Below, piece by piece: positions 9,889-19,755 of a stretch of 64,000 bases of DNA (positions are counted from its first letter, which is position 1; each line of letters opens with the position of its first letter). A program made the position numbers and the translations under genes. The stretch lies in IMG/VR virus record IMGVR_UViG_3300023313_000001, positions 1 to 64,000 of that record, one strand, 5' to 3'. The notes under the pieces were generated by a model. The model was not told where the DNA came from and made no database searches. It saw only the letters and a program-made list of their open reading frames with translations.

Positions 9889-10349
9889 ATATTGGAAGTG
9901 GTTCAGGGTACCCTGCTGGCAACTTATCTAACTTTACACCCCATCCATTCGTACTGGATGGGGTTGAATGCAATTCAATGGAAGGGTTTCTGCAATCTTT
10001 AAAATTTAAAGACCCTGAAATGCAGAAGCATGTCTGTAAACTAACAGGTCGAATCGCTAAAAATAAAGGTTCAAAAAAGAAATGGTATAAAACTCAAACA
10101 CTCCATTGGAGAGGGATTGAGTATCCTAGGGATAGTAAGGAGTACCAAGATTTATTAGATCGAGCTTATCTGGCATTATCTACAAACCTAAAATTTCGTA
10201 AAGCCTTATTAGCTAGCCAACATTCAGTCCTGAAACATACCATTGGACGATCTAAATCCAATATGACAGTTTTGACTGTAAGAGAATTTTGTAGTAGACT
10301 GACGCATCTTAGAACTGAGATGCAGAATGAACAATTGATGGAGATGTAA
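9885..10349 (+). CDS. NADAR-family protein (T4 gp30.3-like)
   Basis: LSNF.PHPFVLDGVECNSMEGFLQSLKF...QTLHWRG...LLAS...LKHTIG...TVLT..EF. Confidence 0.75.
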   Translation: MNIGSGSGYPAGNLSNFTPHPFVLDGVECNSMEGFLQSLKFKDPEMQKHVCKLTGRIAKNKGSKKKWYKTQTLHWRGIEYPRDSKEYQDLLDRAYLALSTNLKFRKALLASQHSVLKHTIGRSKSNMTVLTVREFCSRLTHLRTEMQNEQLMEM

Positions 10350-10351
10350 AG

Positions 10352-10807
10352 ATGAAGAACAACTTTGTAGTTGGAATCCTATTATTGGTTCCAATGTATA
10401 CTGTGTCAGCAAATGAAACTAACAAATACTTTGGTGATCGTAGTTGGCAGTGGAACAGTCCTAATGATAACGCAGTAAAGAATCAACAATTGATGATCCG
10501 GTGTGCTGCAAAGCCTCAATCCTGTGCTGGGTTGAATAAACCAAATAGGTCTGGTGGAGGTAATAGTGGAGGGTTAGGACTCGGTTTTGGATTGGCTAGT
10601 GGTCAAAATATTGGCAACGTCGTTAATGTAATTGTCACTGGAGATAACAATGTTGTTACTATTGCTGGTGACCAAACAAATAATGGCGATCAAGCAGTCG
10701 ATATTAACGTCAATGACAATAATATCGATGTGGTTGTAGATGACCATTCCCAAATAATTAATGGGGATGTCACCCCCGCTGTTGAACCATCAGATCCACC
10801 AATGTAA
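10352..10807 (+). CDS. HfaA-like secreted curlin-like protein
   Basis: Signal peptide, Gly-rich linker, IGNVVNVIVTGDNNVV...QTNNGDQ as in HfaA; precedes a CsgG/HfaB gene. Confidence 0.6.
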   Translation: MKNNFVVGILLLVPMYTVSANETNKYFGDRSWQWNSPNDNAVKNQQLMIRCAAKPQSCAGLNKPNRSGGGNSGGLGLGFGLASGQNIGNVVNVIVTGDNNVVTIAGDQTNNGDQAVDINVNDNNIDVVVDDHSQIINGDVTPAVEPSDPPM

Positions 10808-10819
10808 ATAAGGATTAAC

Positions 10820-12136
10820 ATGAAACATATTAGAACTATCCTAGCTATAATTTGTACCATAGCTGTCGTAGGATGTAGTAGTTTTGGTACAATTCACCAT
10901 GGTAAAAATGGATACAGTATAATTAACGGACCGAAGGTTACCCGTAATAATACTCCAGCTACTGTGGGACTAATGTGTGTTGGTAATACCATCAACAATG
11001 CATATCCTGGGAAAAAACGTATTAGAGTATCTATAGGCTCCATCCCAGATTTGACTGGCAAATTTTCAAATAACGACGCAGGGTATAAAGTTACTCAAGG
11101 TGCTGCACTCATGGCCTATTCCGCTCTCCAGAAAATGAAAGCAGTTCAAGTCGTTGAGCGGGCAGACACCAACATATTCCAATTTGAAACTACCTTAGCT
11201 AACCAGCGAATGTTAGGGGATCGAGTTAACTACCGTCTTCCCAATGGCCAGACAATAAACTACAGACCTATATTGAGTGGGAAGGTACTAGGCTCTGCAT
11301 ATTATGTTACTGGAGGCATTACAGAAATTAATTATAATATCTACAGCGGAGGTGGAGAACTAGATGTAGCTTGGTTTGGAGGATCACGTAGGTATGTAAT
11401 GAATATAGCCATGGATCTACGGTTAGTTAATTCTCAAACGTTGGAAGTTGTTTCTGCTCTGACTTTACAAAAGCAAATTATCGGATATGAAACCAAATTA
11501 GGGGTTTTCAAGTTCTTTGGATCTGAGTTAGTAGATCTCAACATAGGAGAAAAGAATGATGAGCCTGTGCAGCTTGGGGTGCGAACTATAATCGAACAGG
11601 GTGTGGCTGAATTGATCGGATCATTGTATAAAATAGATACTGAAAAGTTATTTGACGGATTAGAGGACAAAGGACTATTTGGAAATCAATGGATTACAGA
11701 CCCTAGAACTGTAGCAAATGCATTTTGTCCTAGAATGGACGTGGTCCATGATACTCCTACCTACCCAACACGTAACCACAATCCAGTTAAAAAATCAGGA
11801 TATGTTGGGTCGTGTACCAATTTAAAAACCAAATGTCAATTATGTAACTTGAAAAACCTAGCCAAACAACCATCCAAAAAACGCCCTGGAATATATGTTC
11901 AAATGGCATCTTTTCAAAAACCTGAAGGTTGTTTGAATGAATGGGCTTGTTTAGAAAGTAAACATGGTGATTTATTTAAAAATCAAAATTACACAATAGA
12001 TAGAACATTATCATCCACCGGACGAATTTGGCACGGGTTACTAGTGGGTCCATTTGCTAGCAACAAGAAAGCCAATCAATTTTGCTCTACCAGCAAAAAA
12101 CGTGGGTTAAACTGCTACGTTCGCAATATCAAATAA
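10820..12136 (+). CDS. CsgG/HfaB family outer-membrane lipoprotein with C-terminal SPOR domain
   Basis: Lipobox AVVGC; IPDLTGK, VTQGAALM, VVER, GGITEINYNI.SGG, MDLRLV, EPVQLGVR; C-terminal YVQMASF...LLVGPF...A.QFC. Confidence 0.85.
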   Translation: MKHIRTILAIICTIAVVGCSSFGTIHHGKNGYSIINGPKVTRNNTPATVGLMCVGNTINNAYPGKKRIRVSIGSIPDLTGKFSNNDAGYKVTQGAALMAYSALQKMKAVQVVERADTNIFQFETTLANQRMLGDRVNYRLPNGQTINYRPILSGKVLGSAYYVTGGITEINYNIYSGGGELDVAWFGGSRRYVMNIAMDLRLVNSQTLEVVSALTLQKQIIGYETKLGVFKFFGSELVDLNIGEKNDEPVQLGVRTIIEQGVAELIGSLYKIDTEKLFDGLEDKGLFGNQWITDPRTVANAFCPRMDVVHDTPTYPTRNHNPVKKSGYVGSCTNLKTKCQLCNLKNLAKQPSKKRPGIYVQMASFQKPEGCLNEWACLESKHGDLFKNQNYTIDRTLSSTGRIWHGLLVGPFASNKKANQFCSTSKKRGLNCYVRNIK

Positions 12137-12158
12137 CTTAACTAAAAGGAAACACCCT

Positions 12159-12947
12159 ATGAAAAATCTAGCAATTATATCATTACTAATCTCAACTACA
12201 GCGTTAGCTGATACTCCAAATTTAACGGTTGTCGGCGACTATACTGTCAATTACGATACGACAGTTGATATAACTGAACTGAACGCAGATGTCCTCAATA
12301 GTCAGTTCAATCATGCCAGCGCTCAATCTGCATTAATCAACGTAACACATAACAGAACTCTCGGTAATGTAGATTTAAACGCTACAGCAATTGGGAATAC
12401 AGCAACTGTATCATTGACATCTGTGGACACTGTAACCAATGTTCAGGGCAATCAAGAAGGTGGACAAACAGCATCTACTAATTTCACGTATAATAGATTA
12501 CCCAACTCAGAACTAGTTATCAATACTACTGCAGTTGGAAATAATTTTTCAATTGATACTACAGACGGTGACCTATCAATGCAAAATGTCCAGTTCAATT
12601 ATGACTCTCCAATATCGTCTGCAATTAATGTGACCAATAATAGATTCAGTGGTGGATGGGATCCTGTATTGAATGCGACTGCTATTGGCAGCAATGCTTC
12701 CGTTATCGCATCTGGTGATATTAATGTGTCTAACTTACAAGTGAATATTAACTCTCCAATGTCCTCTTCCGTTAACTTTAGCTATAATACTGGAGCTATT
12801 GGTCCATTGTCGATAAACGCTCAAACTATTGGCAACAGTTTGAACATCAGCAATCCATTAAATACCGATAATTCTGGAAACAATGATAATTCTGGAAACA
12901 ATGATACTTCTGGAAACAATGATAATTCTGAAGATGGTGGTAGTTAG
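12159..12947 (+). CDS. HfaD-like secreted beta-repeat protein
   Basis: Signal peptide; four repeats of (A/T)TA(I/V)GN...Q.N; third gene after HfaA-like and HfaB-like genes. Confidence 0.6.
   Translation: MKNLAIISLLISTTALADTPNLTVVGDYTVNYDTTVDITELNADVLNSQFNHASAQSALINVTHNRTLGNVDLNATAIGNTATVSLTSVDTVTNVQGNQEGGQTASTNFTYNRLPNSELVINTTAVGNNFSIDTTDGDLSMQNVQFNYDSPISSAINVTNNRFSGGWDPVLNATAIGSNASVIASGDINVSNLQVNINSPMSSSVNFSYNTGAIGPLSINAQTIGNSLNISNPLNTDNSGNNDNSGNNDTSGNNDNSEDGGS
12868..12930 (+). repeat. 18-bp tandem repeat encoding DNSGNN x~3.5
   Basis: GATAATTCTGGAAACAAT repeats. Confidence 0.85.
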
Positions 12948-13041
12948 TAATTACACAGTAGTTTAGCACAACTAAATTATAGTTGTGCTAAATAGTGAAT
13001 ACTAGTATCATTTAGTGTCTACCATTATACAGAGTAATAAT

Positions 13042-13083
13042 ATGAAAAAATATGAATTGAGAGGTATGAGTACATTTCGTTAG
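13042..13083 (+). promoter_or_regulatory. short leader ORF MKKYELRGMSTFR* whose 3' part can pair over the RBS/ATG of the next gene
   Basis: ATGAGTA (13066-72) complementary to TACTCAT (13105-11); inner AGTTA/TAACT stem. Confidence 0.5.
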
Positions 13084-13109
13084 TTAATTTAACTTGGAGA
13101 AAAATACTC

Positions 13110-13796
13110 ATGATAGTACACAAAACACCTGAACTACGAATTCACGAAGTTCACCACGATCACATTGTTGTTTACGACAACATGGATGATTGGGTAGAAA
13201 ACGGCTCTAATAACTATGGTAGAAGTCACCTCATTCGCTGCCTACGGTGCAAAGCTGCCTATATGTCTACCTCACAATTCGCTGAAACCTGCATAGTTAG
13301 CACTAAGATATATAACTTTAGTGGTGATAATACACATAGATCAGTACCACACAAGGACGGACATCATTTAGTTTACACAGTAGTGATCAGAGACGAATTT
13401 GGCTACAATTTTACGTTAGATGAATTAGCTGAAGCAAGTGATGAGTATTACGAAAAGCGATCCAACTCACGATTACAAAATCGTGAGTTGGATTACTATC
13501 ACGGATCGTATATTAATCCGAACAATCGTGGCCTTCTTGAAATACACCACCCAGACAACAATTACTACCGCAAGTATCGCCACGCGTTAAAAGCTGGAAT
13601 GGGCGGATATCGCCAAATAAGAACGATGAACGAACGCCGCCAAGTTGCTGCTGGTGTAGTAGACGAGTATTCTCCAGCTATACGTCCAAATCGTAATGTT
13701 CGCAATTTACCAAATAGTTGGGACGATTTACATTATAGTCTCGAACGCACATGGAAACGCAGCAAGCATAAAAAACAATGGATGGTTAATCTATAA
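13110..13796 (+). CDS. hypothetical protein with basic C-terminal motif (LPNSWDD...RTWKRSKHKKQW)
   Basis: ORF track, GGAGA RBS. Confidence 0.75.
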   Translation: MIVHKTPELRIHEVHHDHIVVYDNMDDWVENGSNNYGRSHLIRCLRCKAAYMSTSQFAETCIVSTKIYNFSGDNTHRSVPHKDGHHLVYTVVIRDEFGYNFTLDELAEASDEYYEKRSNSRLQNRELDYYHGSYINPNNRGLLEIHHPDNNYYRKYRHALKAGMGGYRQIRTMNERRQVAAGVVDEYSPAIRPNRNVRNLPNSWDDLHYSLERTWKRSKHKKQWMVNL

Positions 13797-13813
13797 CATG
13801 GATAAATACACAT

Positions 13814-14029
13814 ATGAAAAAAGAAGCCAACCTTAAAAAAGAACTTAGAGTTCGAGAACATGAAGAAACACAACGCGTTAAGGATATAGCTGAATTAAAG
13901 AAGGCTGTTAATGCATTACGACGTGATGCCAAAAGTCAATCACGTACTATTTCTCGATTGAAGAATAATATTCGTACCATGGATAGTATGATTACTCAAT
14001 TGAGATCCAAATTATCAAAAGGAAGTTAA
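13814..14029 (+). CDS. small coiled-coil protein
   Basis: ORF track; TAAATA late motif upstream. Confidence 0.6.
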   Translation: MKKEANLKKELRVREHEETQRVKDIAELKKAVNALRRDAKSQSRTISRLKNNIRTMDSMITQLRSKLSKGS

Positions 14030-14033
14030 TACA

Positions 14034-14456
14034 ATGCCTACTATGATCTTAAAATACTGGCCATACCTGCTAGCAGCTGGTGGAGCATTAGTGCTTTTCC
14101 TATACTGGAACGGTCGCAACAATGAATTAGATGATCTTCGAACACAAGTAGCTAATCAAGCTGCAGAGATTGTTATTAAAGATGCTACATACAAAGAAAA
14201 TAAACGCAAGTTGACTGATCAAATTGATCGACAAAATATTGCAATCAACAAAGCTAATGATGATTATACTGAATTAGAACGTCGTACATCAATAGCTGTT
14301 GCAGCATCAAACGCAGAAAATGCTGTACGTGTTACCAAGTTGAAGAAACAGTTAGACCTGCTTGGAAGTATTTCAACCCCACAAACATGTGAGTCTGCAA
14401 TTAATCTATTAGTTGATATAGGAGTAGCCAACAAATGGTCCACCCAGCGAAATTAA
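14034..14456 (+). CDS. putative i-spanin (Rz-like)
   Basis: N-terminal TM, periplasmic coiled coil, Cys near C-terminus; overlaps a lipoprotein gene. Confidence 0.6.
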   Translation: MPTMILKYWPYLLAAGGALVLFLYWNGRNNELDDLRTQVANQAAEIVIKDATYKENKRKLTDQIDRQNIAINKANDDYTELERRTSIAVAASNAENAVRVTKLKKQLDLLGSISTPQTCESAINLLVDIGVANKWSTQRN

Positions 14457-14821
14457 TACTATTGTTATCCTTTGTAACAATGACAGGATGTGCTTCCACT
14501 GGTAAAACTAAATTTATCAACCGGATTGAAACCATCACGGTGTATAAGCCAGTGTATACCCCACCAACAGAACTTAAAAACCTGAAGGTAATCCAACGTC
14601 CAGACTTACAAACGAACCACTTGACTGCAGATGATAAAGCCAATCCTGGATTGGTAGTAAAAACTGTAATTGCGTCAGAGGCCCAACTTAGAACCTATGC
14701 AGAGCAACTAGAGTCTCAAAATGACGCATATCGAAAATTGCTAAGTAAACCAGCTGATCCTGTCCCTGAGACAGAACGTAGTGTGACAACATATGAAAGT
14801 ACCAAACCTATCAAGGATTGA
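14435..14821 (+). CDS. putative o-spanin (Rz1-like lipoprotein)
   Basis: Lipobox TMTGC, Pro-rich; overlaps end of Rz-like gene. Confidence 0.6.
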   Translation: MVHPAKLILLLSFVTMTGCASTGKTKFINRIETITVYKPVYTPPTELKNLKVIQRPDLQTNHLTADDKANPGLVVKTVIASEAQLRTYAEQLESQNDAYRKLLSKPADPVPETERSVTTYESTKPIKD

Positions 14822-14822
14822 T

Positions 14823-15218
14823 ATGAAATTAGTTGAAGTACACCAAAGCATCATCAACAAACAGGCATTTGATATGACTACCACCGGTATGCCTATGTAT
14901 GATAATATGATGCAAAATCGAACATACTTCAGGCAAGAAAAAGGTAAACGGTTTACATTATATAAAGACAGTTGGTCACCAGAAAAATATTTGCAACGAG
15001 CTGCACAAGGGTTTGAGAGTACAGTGCAACGACTTCAGGATACCCGCGATCAACGATTAATAGACAAATATGCTAAACAAATGCAATCTGGAGAGAAATT
15101 TCCGATATTAGTATTAGATTACTCCCACCGATTCACTCAAGAAGGTATCCATCGAGCGTTTGCTGCAATCAAAGCAGGAGTGGACATAGTTCCAGTACTA
15201 ACGGTATACTCAGCATGA
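14823..15218 (+). CDS. ParB/Srx-like domain protein
   Basis: FPILVLD...QEGIHRAFAAIKAGVDIVPV; likely start MKLVE at 14823. Confidence 0.6.
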   Translation: MKLVEVHQSIINKQAFDMTTTGMPMYDNMMQNRTYFRQEKGKRFTLYKDSWSPEKYLQRAAQGFESTVQRLQDTRDQRLIDKYAKQMQSGEKFPILVLDYSHRFTQEGIHRAFAAIKAGVDIVPVLTVYSA

Positions 15219-15607
15219 AATTAATGGAATTGAATTTAAATTGGGCAGATTCTAGTAACGCAGAGCGACCACACAACTTCGATAGCGAAGACTATACTTT
15301 GCTAATATGCAATATCAGTGATGTTTTTTCACATACTGATCAAGACTATCGGTTAGACTTAGACTCGAATACTGGTGGGTCCAACGCTATAGGAAATCGG
15401 TTGGATCGCGCAACACAACATTTTCAGAACGGTAATCCAATGGATCCTCCTGAAGTGGCGTATAGTGTACACACCAACAATATCACGTTCACTAATGGCA
15501 GACACCGATCGCTAGCTGCCTACCAGATGGGAGAAGAATACATCCCAATGTTTGTGTACTCTCCAACAATCGAGCAATTCAAAAAATTAGTGCGAACTAA
15601 ATCATAA
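15215..15607 (+). CDS. ParB/Srx-like domain protein
   Basis: PPEV...FTNGRHRSLAAYQMGEEYIP. Confidence 0.6.
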   Translation: MKLMELNLNWADSSNAERPHNFDSEDYTLLICNISDVFSHTDQDYRLDLDSNTGGSNAIGNRLDRATQHFQNGNPMDPPEVAYSVHTNNITFTNGRHRSLAAYQMGEEYIPMFVYSPTIEQFKKLVRTKS

Positions 15608-15636
15608 ATAGATTGATACGCAGTATGAGGATAACA

Positions 15637-16314
15637 ATGAATTTACTTAAAGCAGTACATTTGAATGATTGGTCTATGATAGACCAACTTAATGAAGCTC
15701 AGGCTCTCGAACCTCTTGAACTCCGCAAGGAACAAGAAGCAGTTATTATTGCACGTATCAAAAAATTAGCGAAAGATCCTAAAGAACAGTTCCCCAACGC
15801 TCTTGCACTAGTTCATCGTAGCTACGAAGAGCAAGAATGGGAACGACAAGACTCTATTGGTGATATAGTTCGTCCATCACCGTCGGACAGAAAAGCATGG
15901 GCTCAATATGAAGATATGATTAAAGTTGCAGTGAAAATGCTTAGCAAATTCCGTGGATCTAAAGGAGATTGGAGGTCGGATGCTTTTGATACCGTACCCA
16001 CTAATCAGCGAGCAAGCATGGGTAGCATGGCTGCAGCTAGAGTTAGTGAATCGACGATCCGTTCTAACTGGCAAAGTTTAGCAATGTTGAATATTGTTAT
16101 GGAGGCAGTCCACGATGATGATACCACTTTTAGAAATAATGGAGTATATGAAAACACAACATTAGGAGCGGTTGCTGATAGAGTTGTGGTAGACGCATCC
16201 GAACTTGGGTATATAGTTACTGAAGGAGCATCGACTGATGATAGTATATCATTGACGATATATGATGACCAATGTGAAGTTGTGGATTGTGTTAAGCTAT
16301 GTCTTCAAGATTAA
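15637..16314 (+). CDS. hypothetical late protein
   Basis: TAAATA upstream; LNE motifs; start chosen from GAGGA RBS (track start 15613). Confidence 0.6.
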   Translation: MNLLKAVHLNDWSMIDQLNEAQALEPLELRKEQEAVIIARIKKLAKDPKEQFPNALALVHRSYEEQEWERQDSIGDIVRPSPSDRKAWAQYEDMIKVAVKMLSKFRGSKGDWRSDAFDTVPTNQRASMGSMAAARVSESTIRSNWQSLAMLNIVMEAVHDDDTTFRNNGVYENTTLGAVADRVVVDASELGYIVTEGASTDDSISLTIYDDQCEVVDCVKLCLQD

Positions 16315-17684
16315 CAACAAACGAATTCATACGTAAATCTAACCAAAAACATTCACAGCGATACTGTTACTCTGAAACACAATATACCACCAGACAAAAT
16401 AAGATCACAATCATTTGTCCAGATCACGGCAGTTTTAAACAAACAGCATATCAACATCTACGAGGGTCTGGATGTCCAAAATGTGCTAAGGAAAAATTGG
16501 CAAGCCGTAAGCGCTTAACCACAGACGAATTTATCAAACGAGCCAAACAGATGCATGGTAATCGTTATGATTATAGTCAGACCAAGTACACTAATAATCT
16601 AGTGAACGTCGATATCATTTGTCAATCACATGGTGTGTTTTCACAACTACCTAACAATCATCTGAAAGGATCTAATTGTCCAACGTGCTCAAAATTATCA
16701 TCTATATCCAAAAAAACTTATACCACAAAAACATTCACAGACAAAGCTGCATTAATCCACGGTGGTAAATATTGTTATAGTGATGTTAAGTATGTTTCCA
16801 GTTCCACTAAAGTTTCCATTATATGTGAATCTCATGGGGAGTTTACACAACGACCAGCTTCACATTTAGAAGGATCTGGATGTCCTAAATGTGCTGGCAA
16901 TATAATGAATACTACCACCTTTGTGGAAAAAGCTAGGTTAGTGCATGGAGACACATATAATTATTCTACTGTCAACTATGTTAATAATACAACTCCCGTG
17001 AAAATAATGTGTAGTAAGCATCGTTCCTTTACACAACGACCAGCTTCACATTTAGAAGGATCTGGATGTCCTAAATGTGGGCTAGAGATATCAGCCACAT
17101 CCTCATTACTAACTACCAAAGAATATGTTATCAAGGCTATTGCAACCCACAATGCAAAATATGACTACACTTCTGTCAAATACACTGGAACATCCAACCC
17201 AATAACAATCACCTGTCCTGAACATGGTGATTTTGAACAACTCGCATCTAATCATCTTTTAGGACATGGATGTAAAACATGTGCTACTGAAAATCATGTA
17301 GGTTTTTATGATTACAATAGATTGACTACTGATCCTGATTTGATAGATTTGTCTGGTACCTGTTATTTGATGAAATTTACTGGCAGTGGTGAGACTTTTT
17401 ATAAGGTAGGTATTACTACTAGGTTATCCAAACGGTTTTACAAACATGTTACCGGATATGATATTGACAATATTGCTCAAGTCGATACATCACTGCTCAA
17501 TGCGTTTATACTTGAACAAAATATATTATATGTTTACTCTTTACAAAAATACAAACCAATGCACCAGTTCGGTGGACACACGGAGTGTCTAACTTTAACG
17601 AGTGAAGATGTGAATAGTATAATTGCTATATTTGCTGAAACTGTACATGGTGCGTCGCTGATCCCATTATTTGAAACCGGTTGA
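16299..17684 (+). CDS. homing endonuclease-like protein with five DUF723/CapR zinc-binding repeats and a GIY-YIG-like C-terminus
   Basis: Repeats of Y.YS...Y......V.I.C..HG.F.Q....HL.G.GCPKC; C-terminal YLM...FYKVGIT...R..F.GHTE. Confidence 0.75.
   Translation: MSSRLTTNEFIRKSNQKHSQRYCYSETQYTTRQNKITIICPDHGSFKQTAYQHLRGSGCPKCAKEKLASRKRLTTDEFIKRAKQMHGNRYDYSQTKYTNNLVNVDIICQSHGVFSQLPNNHLKGSNCPTCSKLSSISKKTYTTKTFTDKAALIHGGKYCYSDVKYVSSSTKVSIICESHGEFTQRPASHLEGSGCPKCAGNIMNTTTFVEKARLVHGDTYNYSTVNYVNNTTPVKIMCSKHRSFTQRPASHLEGSGCPKCGLEISATSSLLTTKEYVIKAIATHNAKYDYTSVKYTGTSNPITITCPEHGDFEQLASNHLLGHGCKTCATENHVGFYDYNRLTTDPDLIDLSGTCYLMKFTGSGETFYKVGITTRLSKRFYKHVTGYDIDNIAQVDTSLLNAFILEQNILYVYSLQKYKPMHQFGGHTECLTLTSEDVNSIIAIFAETVHGASLIPLFETG
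16842..17079 (+). repeat. identical 52-bp direct repeat (16842-16893 and 17028-17079) inside the endonuclease repeats
   Basis: TTTACACAACGACCAGCTTCACATTTAGAAGGATCTGGATGTCCTAAATGTG occurs twice. Confidence 0.9.
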
Positions 17685-17741
17685 CCTACCCAAAAACTAT
17701 CATGCATAATAGTCTCATTACTTAATTATGTTGAGACGTTC

Positions 17742-18905
17742 ATGCAACCATTATATAGCCAACTACTCAAACTGACACAAGATTCAGAAGCATTTTATTT
17801 CACTGATCACGTATTAGACACCACCACTTATCGTATATTTTTATATCGGTTGGCATCCTATACAGATTTTTGTTTACCTGGTGCACTCGAATGTCGTGGG
17901 ACTATGTTCGAAATGGATGGTGAAGATCCAGTTCGTTTAGCTGCTCGTCCGATGCAGAAATTTTTTAATATCAACGAATGCCCGTTTACCATGGGGGTTA
18001 ATTATTCAGATGGAAATATCGAAAGTGTGATGTTAAAAGAGGATGGAAGTCTCATTAGTACATTTATCCACACTGATGGTGAACTATACTGTAAATCTAA
18101 AGGATCTCTAAGCTCCGACCAAGCACAATGGGCTAATGCGTGGATACGCAAGGAGTCTATGCGGTACGATCAACTTAAAACAGTTACCAATCTGGGTAAT
18201 ACTATAAACTTAGAATATTGTGCACCGTTTAATAGAATTGTGTTAAATTATAATTGTGAAAGTATGATCATTCTTAATGTGCGTCAAATAAGTAGTGGAC
18301 TATACTTACCCAAATCCACGTTTAAGGACACTTGTCCATACATCCCTACCATATGGGTTAACAATATAGAAGATACTGATATTGAGTATGACACGTTGGA
18401 ATCATTAATTGATGATACTCCCAATTTGGAAAACATTGAAGGGTTCGTCGTTCGTTTAAAAAATGGATTGCATTTTAAAGTCAAAACTAATTGGTACTTA
18501 GTTCAACATAGAGCTAAAGATAGTATTGATTCCCCTCGTAGGTTGTTTGAAGCTGCTATTACAGAAGCTACTGATGATTTACGATCGTTGTTTACTGACA
18601 ACCAATTTGTGTTAGATAAAATAACAGAGATGGAAGAGAAAGCTGCTGGAATCTATAATCATATTGTTGAGAGAGTTGAACGATTTGTTAAAACGCATCA
18701 TGATTTAATTGAAAATGATTGTCGTAAGGATTTTGCCATGTTAGGCCAACAGGCGTTTCTAGGAACAGATAAACGATTGTTTGGTTTAGTAATGATGTGT
18801 TATAAACGTGAACGTGGGGATGGTGATGGTCCAGATTATAAACAATTTTGTATCAAAAATTGGAGAGACTGGGGATTAAAAGATGGCCCTGAGGATGATG
18901 AATAA
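17742..18905 (+). CDS. rnlA: RNA ligase 1 (T4 RnlA-like)
   Basis: YRLASYTDF...ALECRG.MFE, PMQKFFN.NE, motif I KEDGSLI, EY.AP.NRIV, EGFV, FKVKT.WY. Confidence 0.92.
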   Translation: MQPLYSQLLKLTQDSEAFYFTDHVLDTTTYRIFLYRLASYTDFCLPGALECRGTMFEMDGEDPVRLAARPMQKFFNINECPFTMGVNYSDGNIESVMLKEDGSLISTFIHTDGELYCKSKGSLSSDQAQWANAWIRKESMRYDQLKTVTNLGNTINLEYCAPFNRIVLNYNCESMIILNVRQISSGLYLPKSTFKDTCPYIPTIWVNNIEDTDIEYDTLESLIDDTPNLENIEGFVVRLKNGLHFKVKTNWYLVQHRAKDSIDSPRRLFEAAITEATDDLRSLFTDNQFVLDKITEMEEKAAGIYNHIVERVERFVKTHHDLIENDCRKDFAMLGQQAFLGTDKRLFGLVMMCYKRERGDGDGPDYKQFCIKNWRDWGLKDGPEDDE

Positions 18906-19219
18906 TGAGAGCTCAAGCATTTTTACCAAATGAAAAACGATACTTCTTTTTCCATGACCGTGCACCAGACGTGGAATGGCTTAAACGTTGGGTTAGTGTG
19001 ACTGAACCAGTACCATCCAGGTTCTATTATTTAGCTAGCTATGTCATATCGTTAGATATGTCTACAGAGAGAGCTGTGTTTATTAAGGATAGTGGATCTG
19101 GTCGTAATGGAGGTGAAGTTGCAGAAGAAGCAATGGTACCTATTGCATTGAATGCTATTAATCTAATTAAAAAGAGCAAAAAAAGTACTACAGTAACGAC
19201 ATTGCTAGGAAGTATATAA
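18905..19219 (+). CDS. hypothetical protein
   Basis: ORF track; shares a C-terminal TLLG/Q.I motif with the next two ORFs. Confidence 0.6.
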   Translation: MRAQAFLPNEKRYFFFHDRAPDVEWLKRWVSVTEPVPSRFYYLASYVISLDMSTERAVFIKDSGSGRNGGEVAEEAMVPIALNAINLIKKSKKSTTVTTLLGSI

Positions 19220-19533
19220 TGCCCATTGAAGAATTTTCGCCAAATTGGTATGCACATGTTGATGATGAAGGTACCTTATTGCATCTATTCGCTAATCAAT
19301 ATGATGGCACTTGGTTGGTTATAAATGAAGCTTGGGCATGTTTGGAACAGGATTTATTAAATACAGAAAATTCTATGGTGCCTTTTACTAAATCCCAATG
19401 CGTTGAGTTAGATAGTATCATGCATCAACATTATACCCATATAATGAAAAAGGCTGAAGGATTTTTACTCGAAGCGCCTGTCGTGTATACTGCACCAGTA
19501 GACCATGTTAACATATTATTAGGAGAGTTATAA
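19219..19533 (+). CDS. hypothetical protein
   Basis: ORF track. Confidence 0.6.
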   Translation: MPIEEFSPNWYAHVDDEGTLLHLFANQYDGTWLVINEAWACLEQDLLNTENSMVPFTKSQCVELDSIMHQHYTHIMKKAEGFLLEAPVVYTAPVDHVNILLGEL

Positions 19534-19743
19534 ATGCACCCAGACTGTAACAAACGCATTAGCGAAGAGCTTGCCGCAGATATCAATAACCATATAATAG
19601 AGACCTTATTTAAACTATCAGGTGATTCTACAATGGATATATTAGCAAGTTATAATACTGGTGGGGCATTGGTATGTAAGGTTCCATTCCCACAAGAGAT
19701 GTTAGCTCCACGAACAGTATCCACATTGCTGCAGCATATATAG
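19534..19743 (+). CDS. hypothetical protein
   Basis: ORF track, AGGAG RBS. Confidence 0.6.
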   Translation: MHPDCNKRISEELAADINNHIIETLFKLSGDSTMDILASYNTGGALVCKVPFPQEMLAPRTVSTLLQHI

Positions 19744-19755
19744 AGGAATGATAGT

